Shown piece by piece: positions 1-12,345 of a DNA stretch of 64,000 nucleotides. This DNA comes from Chiloscyllium plagiosum (Eukaryota). Every line of letters starts with the position of its first letter. The stretch's first letter is position 1. Where the stretch lies: positions 16,646,192-16,710,191 of the forward strand of contig NC_057718.1 in the NCBI RefSeq assembly GCF_004010195.1, in the 5' to 3' direction. Both the position numbers and the translations under genes were made by a program. The notes under the pieces were generated by a model that did no database searches, was not told the origin of the DNA, and was given only the letters and a program-made list of their open reading frames with translations.

Positions 1-654
1 GAATAAGTGGTGTTCTACCTGCCATGACTATTTGTCCCAATTTGTGGCTAAACAGGGGTAAGGATGGAGGCAAAAGGTAGCCGCTGAAAGTCACTCCCTG
101 CCATTACCTCTAACTTCCCTCTCTCCCCATCTCCACCACTGAGACCTGAAAGATCCACATTCTTGCAAATTGATCCCCTGAAGGCTAGGCCTCCAGCAAT
201 GATGTATAGGTCTCGGAAGCTACTAGCTTCTGATTGACCAGCAGCTTCTGGAAAAACAGGGCTACAATGACACAGCCTGCAATTTGCCAAGCAGCTCACC
301 TGTCTCTCTTAACAAGGGTGAAACTTGATTTGGCAAGCTTTCTCATTGGTGTAAGCAAAGAGTCAGCTACCACTGAACATGCCCACATTAAAGCTGCAAA
401 ATGCAATATCTTAGCTCATTTCGCTTGATTAAAAAAAACCTTAAATTTATCTTACACCAAGTGAAATGTATATCTTTTCATTTTTGCTCACTTCAAAGTA
501 ATATCAAATAAAATGGGAGAGTAAATAGATATACTGTTAGGTTGCAGATCTGTCAAAATGGTGAAGATCCTCAAAGGGATAAACAGTAGCTGTCATTCCT
601 AGTAAACTGCTAAACACCCCACCTAGTCCCAATGTTAGCTGATATTGTTAATGG

Positions 655-1030
655 CACTCTCTCTTCAGGCATCATCCTCTCTCCCCAATTCTATCATCAT
701 CGTTCTTCTTCTCAAAAAAACCCCTTAACTACCCTGCACTTACAAACTACTATCCCGTCTTCAATCTCATTTTCCTCTCCAAAGTTTTAAAACTTGTTGT
801 CACATCCTAAATCCATACCCATATTTCCCAGAGGTTTGTGTTTAAATTCTTCCAATCAGAATTCCACTTCACACCACACCAAAACCGTTCTCTTCAAAGT
901 GACAAATTAAATTCCGCACGACTGTGACAAAAATAAACAATTGCTACTTGTTCTTCTCAAGCTGTTTGCAAGCTTTTACACAGTTGACTACACCATCCTG
1001 CTCCAACCTCCATCTGGCTTGATTATTATT
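655..1030 (+). mobile_element. Old L2-clade LINE RT fragment
   Basis: Decayed NYxPxxNLxFLSKVL ... FQS ... TKTVLFKVTN ... LVLLxLxASFYTVDYTILL, matching the L2 NYRPISNLPFLSK / LDLSAAFDTVDH motifs. Confidence 0.7.
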
Positions 1031-1118
1031 TGTCTAATCATGGTTCTTTCTACTCTTGCAAAATTACCCATGTTGACCACTAAAAAAACTGTCCTTTCAC
1101 CTTTCTACCTGTTATCTA

Positions 1119-1465
1119 CATAGAATCCCCACAGTGGGGAAGCAGGCCATTCAGCCCATCAAGTCCACACTGACCCTCTGAAGAGCATTCCACCAAGATT
1201 CACCTCCCTATGCTATCCGTGTAACCTTGCATTCCCCATAGCTAATCCACCCAACTTGCACATCCCTGGACACAATGGACAATTCAGCATGGCCATCCAA
1301 ACAACCTGCACATCCCTGGACACTATGGGCAATTTGGCATATGGGAGGAAACCAGGGCACCTGGAGGAAACTCATGCAGACACGGGGAGAATGTGCAAGC
1401 TCCACACAGATAGCCACCCAAGCTGAAATCGAATTCAGGTCCCTGGTGCTATGAGGAAGCAGTGC
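1119..1465 (-). mobile_element. HE1-type tRNA-derived SINE (5' truncated, internal ~50-bp tandem duplication)
   Basis: Reverse complement of the copies at 9706, 18293 and 61292. The unit catccctggacac..atgg.caatt..gcat occurs twice at 1261-1340. Confidence 0.85.
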
Positions 1466-1874
1466 CACACATGCTTCCCTGGACAATGTCATCCAAAAGC
1501 AAGACTTTGTTGGAATAGTGACTATAGGCCAAAGATTGTGGGGAATCATATGCATTACCTCACTCAAGGAAGAAAGAAAGTCAGAAGCCAGGTAACAGAC
1601 TCTTAATAAACCTGTCCACAGCTAGAATGTACTGTAGATGGATAATCTAATAGATACTGTGACTTCAACACTTTCACAGTAAGAGGTTGCACACCCTGCC
1701 TGCTGGCTAGTCTGATTGGTCAGTACCTCAGCAGTCCAAGTAGCACTAGAGCTCAGTAGTTATTAAAAGCTCAACTGACCTCAGTATTACTCTATCCATG
1801 CCAAATTATGGGTGTGAGCTCTGAGATGGATGAAAAGATGATGAGTGAACTTGCTACTTCTTTGCCATTAGCCT

Positions 1875-2041
1875 AGCTCATTGTTCTGTAACTCTCCCTC
1901 TTCCTCAACACTACCTATCCCTCCCCACACTATCTTTGTGTCATCTGCAAACTCAGCAACAATTCCCTCAGTTCCTTTATTCAGCTCATTAATTTATAAA
2001 GTGAATAGTTGTCGTCCCAACACTGACTCCTGGAGAATTCC
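1875..2041 (-). mobile_element. Old CR1 RT fragment
   Basis: Minus strand encodes decayed ESVLGRQLF..INEL and FADDTK motifs. Confidence 0.7.
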
Positions 2042-3510
2042 AATAGTCACAGGTGAGGTGCCAGAAGACTGGGGGTTGGCTGACGTGGTTCCACTGTTTA
2101 AGAAAGGTGGTAAGGACAAGCCAGGGAACTATAGACCAGTGAGCCTGACCTCGGTGGTGGGCAAGTTGCTGGAGGGAATCCTGAGGGACAGGATGTACAT
2201 GTATTTGGAAAGGCAAGGACTGATTAGGGATAGTCAACATGGCTTTGTGCATGGGAAATCATGTCTCACAAACTTGATTGAGTTCTTGAAGAAGAAATAA
2301 AGAGGATTGATGAGGGTAGAGCGGTAAATGTGATCTATATGGACTTCAGTAAGGTGTTCGACAAGGTTCCCCATGGGAGACCGGTGAGCAGGGTTAAATC
2401 TCATGGAATACAGACAGAACTCCCCATTTGGATACAGAACTGGCTTAAAAGGTAGAAGACAGAGGGTGGTGATGGAGGGTTGTTTTTCAGACTGGAGACC
2501 TGTGACCAGTGGAGTGCCACAAAGATCGGTGCTGGGTCCACTACTTTTCGTCATTTATATAAATGATTTGGATGTGACCATAAGAGGTATACAATTAGTA
2601 AGTTTGCAGATGACACCAAAATTGGAGGTGTAATGGACAGCAAACATGGTTACCTCAAATTAAAACAGGATCTCGATCAGATGGGCCAATGGGCTGAGAA
2701 GTGGCAGATGGAGTTTAATTTAGATAAATGTGAGGTGCTGCATTTTGAAAAAGCAAATCTCAGCAGGACTTATATACTTAATGGTAAGATCCTTGGGACT
2801 GTTGCTGAACAAAGACACCTTGGAGTGTAAATTCATAGATCATTGAAAATGGAGTCGCAGGGAGAAAGGTAGAAGAAGGCGTTTGGTATGGTTTACTTTA
2901 TTGGTCAGAGTATTGAGTACAGGCGTTGGGAGGTCATGTTGCAGCTGTACAGGACATTGCTGTTGGAATATTGCGTGCAATTCTGGTCTCCTTCCTATCA
3001 GAAAAATGTTGTGAAAGTTGAAAGAATTCAGAAAAGACTTATAAGGATCGTGCCAGGGTTGGAGGATTTGAGCTATAGGGAGAGGTTGAATAGGCTGGGG
3101 TCGTTTTCCCTGGAGCATCGGTGGCTGAGGTTTATAAGGCTGAGACCTTATAGAGGTTTATAAAATCACGAGGGGCTTGGATAGGATAAAAAGACAATGT
3201 CTTTTCCCCGGGGTGGGGGAGTCCAGAACTAGAGGGGATAGGTTTAGGGTGAGGGGGAAAGATATAAAAGAGACCTCAGGGGCAACGTTTTCACGCAGAG
3301 GGTGGTACATGTATGGAATGAGCTGCCAGAGGAAGTGGTAGAGGCTTGTACAATTGCAACATTTAAAAGGCAGTTGGATGGATATATGAATAGGAAAGGT
3401 TTGGAGGGATAGGCTGGGTGCTGGCAGGTGTGAACAGATTGGGTTGGGATATCTAGTCAGTATGGACAGGTTAGACGGAAGGTCTATTTCCGTGCTGTAC
3501 ACCTCTATGA
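2042..3510 (+). mobile_element. CR1/HER1 LINE, 5'-truncated (RT + 3' end)
   Basis: [51 protein letters not shown] motifs with frameshifts; ends in a ctctatga tail. Confidence 0.95.
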
Positions 3511-4184
3511 GGGGCAAAAGCCAGGACTGCAAAAATGTAATTCTTTTGTAGGCTCCCCAGAGGACTTCTGTTCACCAGAGCACAAGTTCTGCAGTGGATT
3601 CCGTTGGGGCATCACACAGTAAAATCGTTGATAAATATGTGCACCAAAAATGCTTGCACTTTGGCCTGCCAGATATCATGCTGTCACTGACAAGGAGCAT
3701 ATTTCAAAGTAACCTAGGGTACACCTTGTAGACCATTGGGTTCGCTTTACTCTGTAAAGAGAACAATTGGGATATTATAAGAAAATAAGTATGCTTATTT
3801 ATTTGAATCATTTTTGACCTTTTATGCATTATGATATTCAAGTGCACAGTTACGTGCAGACACATTTACAATACACACAATACATGTGTAATTTATAGGC
3901 TACTCTCCATTAGTCTATATTATTTTCTAACTTCCAAGAAAATCAGGAATTAATATTTTGTGGAAGTATTCAAGTGAGTTAACCAGGTAGACAAACAAAT
4001 AAAATTTAAAATTTCATGCAGACAAATTTTATGTTGGGAGAAAGAATGTTGAGCGTAATGAAAATCAATACAATTAACATGTTGTGGCTAAGAAATGGCC
4101 AAGAAATGGCAGATGACTTATCACCTGTCATGCTGAAAATGTAGGCTCTGTAGCACAACTGGATAATTCGATAAGGAAACTGAT

Positions 4185-4580
4185 TTACTCAACTTTGAGT
4201 TGCAAGGTTCCAAATTCAAGTCCCAATTCAGGGCTTGAATACAAAAGTCTAAATTGACATTTCAGAGGATGCATTGCATTGTCAGATGTGCCATCCTTCA
4301 ACATAGATCCTATCAGTCTGCTCAGATGGATGTGATGACCCCACTATTCCAAGGAGAAAGATTGCTCTCTCCAGTGTCCTGGTCAACATTTATTCCTCAA
4401 TTAATTTAAGAAAAAAGATTATTTGATATTTATCATATTCCTATTTGTAGGAATTTGCTGTGTGCAAATTGGCTGCCTCATATCCTACAGTTAACCAGTA
4501 ACTACAGTTCAGAATTAATTAATTGACTGTAAACCATTTTCATGGCAGTCGTGAAAAGTGCAATAGAAATGCAATTGTTT
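4185..4580 (+). mobile_element. Deu-domain SINE (SacSINE1-like), degraded
   Basis: tRNA B-box-like ttcaagtccc, Deu-like core (gtcagatgtgccatcctt..., ccagtgtcctggtcaacatttattcctcaa) and an L2-like 3' tail (tgtgcaaattggctgcc...gtgaaaagtgcaatagaaatgcaa). Confidence 0.7.
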
Positions 4581-5992
4581 TATTTGTAATTTTGCAAATA
4601 ATTTTTCAAAAATATTGCTGCAATATTATTTAGACCATAAGGTTATCCAAATGCCAGAACTAGCAGAAAAGAGAAATGCATCAGCCAAAGCAATAAACTG
4701 TAAGTTTACAACTGTGGCCAGATGATTGTTGAGTGGAATTTGGAAATGCAAGATTTCTTAAGGCATAGAAAGAGAAAATTTAAAGCTTAATCCATGGGTC
4801 ACTCATAAGCATGGTACAGCAACAATTACAAATCAGATTGGTGAAGATCAGGAAGTATCATACAACTTAAGCTTTAATTGGAGAAAGGGCAGAATATTTC
4901 TTAAAGAGTACATATAACTCAGGAGATAAATGCACCTTCTATTGAGTAATAGCAGTTATATGCTAATTTAGCTGGAGTAAAGTAAGGATACTGCATTGCT
5001 CTCAGCATCTATACTAAGGGACAACAAAACTTGTTAAGTACAAAGTCAGTCTTTTTTCTGATCACCAACCAATTGTTTTGTGTTACAACTACTCCTCTCT
5101 GGATACTAGACAAAGGAAGGTCTATATTTGGCCATGATAATCTCACACAATATAAGAATAATCACTTGAGCAAAATGCTGGAGAATAACTGAACTGTAAA
5201 GAACAATAACCCAGCATGATTCACTATGTTCAGGAAAAGGGGTGAAATTATGAGGGAGAATTGCAGAGAAAATGAAACTAAAGGACAGAAAATTCAAAAC
5301 TGAGAATGTAATACTATTTGAGTGAATCAGCAATTGCCTACAACAGTGAAAAGGTTTCCAGAGTTTCCACTGCCTCGAAATGTGGTTCAATATCAGATGC
5401 TTGATGACTGAAGTGTGACTTAACTCACTGTGACTATGTAAATCATAGTTTGAGTTGTAGTAGTTGATTTAAGTAGGTATTGTAACTGTTGGTACAACAG
5501 GAAAAATAAACAAATGCTTACAAGTTAACAAAAAATACAAAGTGATTATACAAATGGCTTATTCATCCTGTTATAACAACCTCTTATTAAGACCATTTAT
5601 CATGATGCAAAATTGCACATTGTGCTGTTCCCCACATCATTACAACTCAAACTGACAGAATACAAGAGATCTTAGAATATAAAAAAAACAAAAACCTCAG
5701 AACATCTGGTAATCCCATCACCCGTCCATATGTTACAAACATCATGCTGCTTTTCCCTTAAGACAGATTAGAAAAATCATCACATTTGGTTTTCTATAAT
5801 TACATACCTGCAGTTTGGTATTTTAATAGCTTCACCTGTTAATACTGCAGCAATTAGTAGGCAAAAATGTGAACAGTTGGTATTGCAAAGCACCAAAAAT
5901 ATCTGTAAAATGTTTTATTGCCTGCGGTAGAGACAGGCAGCTTGATGCTGGCGTTATGAAGTGCCACTGGCAGATAACAGGATTATTTGTAC

Positions 5993-6135
5993 CTGGTGAG
6001 GTGCAGTTGGTGCTCAGATTTGCTCAGTAGTTCCATCAGTTTTAGACATTCATCCTTCGATCTTGCTGCATCCTGCTGGACATGCTCCAAATGGCACTTA
6101 GTTTCATTTAGTTTCAAATCAAGTTTCTGTAGCTC
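5993..6135 (-). CDS. SDCCAG8: Internal coding exon of SDCCAG8 (centrosomal coiled-coil protein; probably equivalent to human exon 13)
   Basis: Minus strand: polypyrimidine tract ...cccatttcctctatAG | 143-nt open exon | GTacaa. It translates ELQKLDLKLNETKCHLEHVQQDAARSKDECLKLMELLSKSEHQLHLT(R), colinear with human SDCCAG8 EIEKLRIELDESKQHLEQEQQKAALAREECLRLTELLGESEHQLHLTR (recalled). Phase 0 start, phase 2 end. Confidence 0.93.
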
Positions 6136-6477
6136 CTATAGAGGAAATGGGCATATTAAAAAATTAAAACGTAACAAAACTTAAAATTCATAAAACTGTG
6201 ATATGTAAATGTTTGCCATGTTGAGAAAGCAGGGAGAAAAGTCACAATTTTTAAGAACCAGTAACTAAAAAAAACTTGAACTTTCAGAACTGGGGTGACA
6301 CACCTGCACCATCTGAGAAGACATACAATAAGCATTTTAAGCTTAATTGTTTTGTTTTCCTCTACAATGTGTAGAGGATAATAATCAGAGACCAGTGGAT
6401 ATATCTTGCTTGTTTTCCCTATGTCGTAGTACACTGTGGCAGGAATTAGGCAGGAACCACTTAGAGATGAATAACAT

Positions 6478-6720
6478 TAGTATGACCTAGTGGTATTATG
6501 GCTAGACTATTCATCCAGAGACAGTGGAGTTTGAATTCAATTATAATCTGGAAATAAAAGAGTTTAATGATTACCACGAATCTCCCATTTTTACCTGGCC
6601 TGGCCTACACATGACTTCAGATCTACAGCAATGAGGTTGACTCTTAACTGCTCTCTGGGCAATTAGGAATATGCAATAAATTATGTCCAGCCAGTCATGT
6701 CCATGAATTATTAAAATAAA
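6478..6720 (+). mobile_element. tRNA-derived SINE (second family)
   Basis: tagtggtattatggctagact head and ...cagcaatgaggttgactcttaactgc...gggcaattagg..caataaat tail; similar to 10960-11283. Confidence 0.65.
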
Positions 6721-7129
6721 AGGAAGTAAATACATAGAGTTAGCATAATGGAGGAAATAATGAAGTCTAAATCAAGTCACTGTGCATGCATTTGATGTCA
6801 GTATTAGAAACACAGGTCCCCTTAAATGTCAAACTGAAGATATTTTCTGTAGGGTTCTTCTATAGCTATCATAATCCAAAACTCTAGACAAAGCAGGCAA
6901 AAATAATGCAAAAGAATATGAAAGCTCTAACTGCTTTCAATTCGGAATGATAATTTGCACCCATCTTTAAAGAGAATGATTCTCCCTATGAAATTGTAAG
7001 ACTGTGCCATTTCATGAGCAGTGGTATGACCCAGAGTGCCAAGCCACTAATACTGAGTAAGTCTTTGATAAAACAAACAACAATGCATTTGGACAGGGAG
7101 AATGACAAAGCATTCATATTTGGTAAAGG

Positions 7130-7518
7130 AATGATGAGGGGTGATCTGATTGAAACTTACAGAATACTGAATGGCCTGGACTGAGTGGATGTTGGGAAGA
7201 TGTTTCCATTGGCAGGAGAGATGAGGACCCGAGGGCATAGCCTTGGAGTAAAGGGAAGACTCTTTAGAACGGAGGTAGGAGAACCTTCTTTAGCCAGAAT
7301 TTGGTGAATCTGTGGAATTCATTGCCACAGGCTGTGGAGGCCAGGTCATTGAATATATTTAAAACAGAGATAGATAGGTTCTTGATTGCCAAGAGGATCA
7401 AAGGTTACGGGGAGAAAGTGAGAAAACGGGATTGAAAAACCTATCAGCCATGATTGAATGACGGAGCAGACTCAATGGGCTGAATGACCTAATTTCTGCT
7501 CCTATATCTTACGGTCTA
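7130..7518 (+). mobile_element. CR1 3' end
   Basis: GDLIETYRIL ... LWNSLPQ motifs followed by a CR1-type 3' UTR. Confidence 0.85.
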
Positions 7519-7779
7519 AACTTGCAATTCACATGATCTGGACATTAGTGTATTTTGTGGAGGAAACATGGAGCTTTTCTTCAAGAGATTCAAGAAGCAT
7601 TACTGACCTTTGTAGATAGGAGTCCGGCTGGTATGAAGAGAATTATTTGGAAATTTCAGAAACAATTTGCTTATTCCTCCTCACAAAAGCTTTTATTAAA
7701 AGATGCTGGAGTAGTTAAATGTCACATATCCCATGTACAACAGGTCACATTGTAATATAATATAGATATTAAATACTGT

Positions 7780-8300
7780 AAGACACCAATGTGCCCAACT
7801 GTAAGTGCTGCTTTAGTCTGGGAGTTTAACGAAGTGAGAGTCTTAGATCAGAGCATATGGGATAGAGATCAGAATATCTTTACATTACGTTTTGCAGGTA
7901 TGCTGGCCAGACTTAGCATATCCATAACAACTATAGCAATGACAGGCAAATTTGCAATGGGCAAAGTGAGTTGACACTGACCTTGAGTTCCCAAAAACTT
8001 CTTAGTGGATAATGGAAGTAAACTTATGATTGACAAACCTTGGGAATGTTTGAGAACTTAAATATTATTGTAATCCTTACTGCTGTAGAAGGTCTGTTCA
8101 GCAATGACTTGTGCAAAAGAACCATATAAGTACTGTTGAGATGTTGTACAAAATGCTGGTTTATCAGGAAAACTGTAAGTTACAATGGCAATGGATTGAG
8201 CAGTACATACAAAAGTTCTTGACACATGGTCGGGGTGGGGAGATATAGCTCATACCAATTAGTATATGATTGGAATCCAAATTGTCTTTCCTACTGCATG
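7780..8300 (+). mobile_element. LTR-retrotransposon integrase core relic, probably Ty1/Copia GalEa-like
   Basis: EFNEVRVLD..WDRDQNIFTLRF..MLARLS, then PKNFLVDNGSKL, then MFENLNIIVILTAVEGLFSNDLCKKNH, then YSSYQLVY.WNP. This is the rve D-D-E layout (DNGxEF ... TAAESPxSNGxCERNH), with frameshifts. Confidence 0.75.
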
Positions 8301-8339
8301 ACGATTCTATGGGACTAGTGGGAATTATGATGTTTTGCA

Positions 8340-8470
8340 TCAAATGCCTTGCTAAAATCCATGTGCACCATACTTACTGTTCAACCTTCATTAATGTGTT
8401 TTGTCACATCCTCAAAGAATTCAATAAGGCTTGTGAGGCATGACCTGACCCTCCTCAAAGCCATACTGAC
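8340..8470 (-). mobile_element. CR1 RT fragment
   Basis: Minus strand SQYGF ... IEFFEDVTK ... MDFSKAF. Confidence 0.75.
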
Positions 8471-8474
8471 TTGT

Positions 8475-9645
8475 TAGAGTTTTTCTTGTGGAGGAAACGG
8501 AAAAGGCTCATGAAAGTAATACTTAAGTGATATGCGTGGACTTCCAGAAGGCACTTAATGCCTCAACAGGCTTGTGAGGAAAGTTTTGGTCATGGTACAA
8601 AATGGACAGTGACAACATGGGTACAAAACTGTCTGAGTGATAGAAAACAGAGTAATGGTGAGTGGATATTTTTTAGGCTGAAGGAAGATTTGTAGTGCAG
8701 TTTTCCAGGGGTTGGTATTGGGAGACTTGCTTTTCTTGATACTGTATACATAAATGGTTTGGATTTTAGTGTGCAGAGGACAGGTTTTCAATTATATTAA
8801 ACTTGCACAAATTGTAAACTATGAAGAGGACAGTGTAGGACTCCAAAAGGATATTGATAAGTTGGTGGAACATTCAGATATGTGGTATATGATGTTCAAT
8901 GCAGAGAGGTATGAGACGATGCACTTTAGTTGGACAGCACAAAGATAATGTAAAAATAATTCTAAAGGGTGTGCAGGGGCAAAGGAATCTGGGTATGTGT
9001 CCTGATAATTGAAGGAAACAAGTGGCAAGAGCCTAAAATAAAGCATTGTGTTGTCAGCGTAATTAAAAGGGGTAGAGTGTGCAAGAGCAAGGAGGTGATG
9101 TTGAACTTGTGGAAAATACTTGTTAGACCTCTCGAATGTTGTGTACAGTTCTAATTGCCACGTTATAGGAAAGGTGCAACTGCATTGGAGAGAGTGCCGA
9201 TTTCATTTACTAATGCTTCCAGTTATGAGAAACTTCGTCTATGAGGATAGATTGAAAAAGTTGGGACAGTTCTTTCTGGAGAGAAGAAAGCTGAGGAGAG
9301 ATCTGATAGAGGTTTGCAAAATCACAAATTGGATGGGCAGTTAAAGCTGGTTCTGCTTGTAAAAGAAAAAAGAATGAGAGGGTATATGTTTAAAGTGATG
9401 TGCAGACAAAGCAATGGTAATGTGAGAAAAACTTGCTCAGTCAGAGTTGTTAGATATTGAATTGCACTGCCTGGAAGTATGGTGGAAGCAAGTTCAATGG
9501 AGGCATTTGAGCAGGCATTGGATTTCTTTCGGAGAGTAATGGTGTTCAGGAAAGGGGAAAAGGCAGGAGGTTGGCACTAGATAGTAGAGCCAGCAATGAC
9601 CAGTTGGGGCAAATGGCCCCCTCCTGCACCACTTTAATTCTGTGA
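8475..9645 (+). mobile_element. Old CR1, RT + 3' end
   Basis: VDFQKA, FPGVGIG, LQKDIDKL, LVRPLECCVQF, RRDLIEVCK motifs. Confidence 0.85.
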
Positions 9646-9705
9646 AGTTATCAAAATCACAAAAAAAAGCACTATAGTGCTAAAGTTTGATTGCAGATGA
9701 TGTAT

Positions 9706-10058
9706 GGGCAGCACAGTGACTCAGTGATTAGCACTGCTGCCTCACAGTGCCAGGGACCCAGGTTTGATTCCAGCCTCGGGCTACTGGTTGTGTGAAGTTT
9801 GCACATTCTCCCCGTTTCTGTGTGGGTTTCCTCTGGATTCTCTGGTTTCCTCCTACAATCCAAAGATGTGCAGGCTAGGTGAATTGGCCATGCTAAATTG
9901 CCCATAGTGTTCAGGGATTTATAGGTTGGGTGCATTAGTCAGGGGTAAATGTAGAGTTATAGGGTAGGGGAATGGGTTTGGGTGGGATACTCTTCAGAGG
10001 ATTGGTATGGACTTGTTGGGCCAAAGGGCCTATTTCCACACTGTAGGGATACTATGAT
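9706..10058 (+). mobile_element. HE1-type SINE, full length
   Basis: A box (tgactcagtgatt), B box (ggtttgattcc), V-domain-like tgtgaagtttgcacattctcccc..., and a CR1-like tail ending tgtagggatactatga. Confidence 0.9.
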
Positions 10059-10181
10059 TACATACCAATATAAAAGCATACATTAAAACTGAGACATCAG
10101 AAAAAGTAGAGTCTTGAAACACGGCATTTGTCCTAGGGTGGGGGTGTGGTGGTTTCAGATCTGGTGATGCGGATTAATATA

Positions 10182-10286
10182 AGAGAGAAGGACTTGGGGG
10201 CAGGAAAAAATATTGAGTATGACAAGAGAAACTTTAGATTACAACATGGAGTCAATATTATGAAGGAACACTTTCAGGAGTAGTGG
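10182..10286 (+). repeat. 105-bp direct repeat, copy 1 (probable donor)
   Basis: Nearly identical to 12112-12216 (about 2 differences). Confidence 0.95.
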
Positions 10287-10552
10287 TGAATTTTTAAACT
10301 CCCATTATTTCCCCAGCTAATTCTGTAAGGGGTAGATACTATCAACTATAAGACTGTTGCACTAATAGGAACATCCCTATTGAAAAAAAATTGTTGAATG
10401 TTCTAGAAAAAGGATGTCTCACTATATAACAGTGGGAATCTGAAACTGTGTTATTTTCATTTACATCTACTCTTGTAAAATTCTTTTTCTCAAGAGAAAT
10501 GAAGTCTGTCAATAAAAGGAAATGTCGGTCCCTTTATGAGTCAGCTGGAAGA

Positions 10553-10655
10553 TATTTTCTAATCTGTTCAAAGATGTTATGATACATCCCTGGAGCAGGT
10601 GCGAACTTCAACCCAGACCTTCTGGCCCAAAGGCAAGTGAACTACCACAAAAGCC
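10553..10655 (-). mobile_element. Short tRNA-derived SINE
   Basis: Reverse complement of 10822-10940; similar to 14425-14535. Confidence 0.65.
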
Positions 10656-10821
10656 CTTCAAAGAGTCAACCAGAACAACTCCAAATTTGATTGAGAACAA
10701 CTGATGCTTTTTTTTTGCATGTAAGAGCTGGGTTCTGACACTGGGTTTCTGTAGTGAGGCGGTTGTCCATTCCACCAACATGTGAAAGGATCCATGTTCA
10801 AAACTGGGTTGATTTGGATTT

Positions 10822-10940
10822 ATGGGTTCTTGTGGTACAGTTGTAGTGTCTCTACCTCTGAGCCAGGCAACCCAAACTCAAGTCCCGCCTGTATCAGAGG
10901 TGTATTATAACATTTCTAATCAGGTTGACTAAATAAAAAC
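10822..10940 (+). mobile_element. Short tRNA-derived SINE
   Basis: tggtacagttgtagtgtctctacctctgagccagg...tcaagtccc (tRNA-like) followed by gtgtattataacatttctaatcaggttgact. Confidence 0.65.
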
Positions 10941-10959
10941 TGGGTTCTGGGGAAGAGGA

Positions 10960-11283
10960 AAGCCTAGCATATTATTGCTAGGCTAATAATCATGAAATCA
11001 GGTAATATGCTGGGTTTTGAATCCCACCACAGCAGATGTTGGAATTTGAAATCAATTTTAAAAATTGTAGAATTAAGTTTCTAATAATCACCATGAAATC
11101 TGATTGTAGGAAAAACCCATCCGGTTCACCAATGTTCCTTTTGTGCAGGTAACTATCTACATGTGACACCAGTCCCACAGCAATGTGTTTGATTTTTAAC
11201 TGTCCTCTGAACAATTTAGGATGGGTGACAAATATAGGTCTGGCCAGTGGTGCCCATGTCCTGTGAATGAATAATAAATAAAA
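10960..11283 (+). mobile_element. tRNA-derived SINE (same family as 6478-6720)
   Basis: gaatcccacca B-box-like motif; tail cagcaatgtg..gggatggg..gtgaatgaataataaataaaa. Confidence 0.7.
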
Positions 11284-11309
11284 AGAGCTGGATTCTGGTG
11301 GCTCTTATC

Positions 11310-12345
11310 TGTTTAACATGTGAATATGTGGGATATAGTATAGAAAATTTGGGAGTTACAGGTGCAGACTGTTATGTGATATCATGGCAATAACAGAAAT
11401 CCTGCTCAAGAAAGAATATCTCTGGGTAAAAGATGTTCAGAAAAGATAGAAAAGAAGGATGGGTGGCAGTGTTGGTCAAGGAGTGTATTGCAGTGCTGGA
11501 GGAAAACAATACCCTAGAGGGTTCAAGGATAGAATCGGGCTAGAGCTAAGAAGCAAAAAGGGTGCAAGTACTTTGCTGACTGTAGATTATAGACAGCCAA
11601 ACAGTGGGAAGGATGCAGAGATATAGATTTGCAAGAAAATTACAAAGAGAAACACAATGCAACTTATAATGGGGGACTTTAGTTACCCAAATATTGACTG
11701 GAGCAGTGATAGTGAAAAAGAATACAGATGGGCAAATGTTCCTAGATTTATTTCTAGACAATTTCCTCCAGCAGAACGTATCCAGTCCAAAAAGAAAGAA
11801 TATACTGTTGGACCCGGATCTTGGAAATGAGATGGGACAAGTAGATCAAGTGTTACTGAGAGGATTTTTTGGAGACAGTGATCTACGTGTCATAATGTTT
11901 AGGATGATGATAGAAAAGGGCAACAGTCAATCCAGAGTAGGAATAATTAAGTGGAAGACAACCAACTTCAAATGGCAAAAACAGAGATGGACTGGATGGA
12001 CTGGAATAAAATGTCAGTGGGGAGAAACTGTAGCTGGATAATGGGCTACCTTCAAAAACAAAATGGCTTGGGTGAAATCTTTCAAAGGCAGAAGGGAATG
12101 TTAACAAACCCAGAGAGAAGGACTTGGGGCAGGAAAAAAATATTGAGTATGACAAGAGAAACTTCAGATTACAACATGGAGTCAATATTATGAAGGAACA
12201 CTTTCAGGAGTAGTGGAGACAGAAAGGAGACAGAAATTAAGAAAAAAAAAGAAAAAACACTTGTGGCAGGTAGAAACATATGTTAAGAAACAAAAGGAAT
12301 AGAAGGCTCAGAGGGGATGTGAAAAAGCATATTTAAGAGGCAGAA
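11310..12345 (+). mobile_element. Old CR1 ORF2 endonuclease region
   Basis: DIMAITE, GWVAVLVKE, IMGDFSYPNIDW, FLDNFLQQNV motifs; interrupted by the 105-bp copy. Confidence 0.85.
12112..12216 (+). repeat. 105-bp direct repeat, copy 2, embedded in a CR1
   Basis: Nearly identical to 10182-10286; CR1-like sequence continues on both sides. Confidence 0.95.

Noticed and set aside
5987..6184. 65-aa plus-strand ORF in the track
   Set aside because: Antisense shadow of the SDCCAG8 exon.
9706..9785. tRNA gene (A and B boxes)
   Set aside because: It is the head of an HE1 SINE; the same applies to 18293 and 61292.
10182..12216. 105-bp direct repeats as LTRs of a 2-kb non-autonomous element
   Set aside because: No TG...CA ends, PBS or TSD; copy 2 sits inside a CR1 that continues beyond it.
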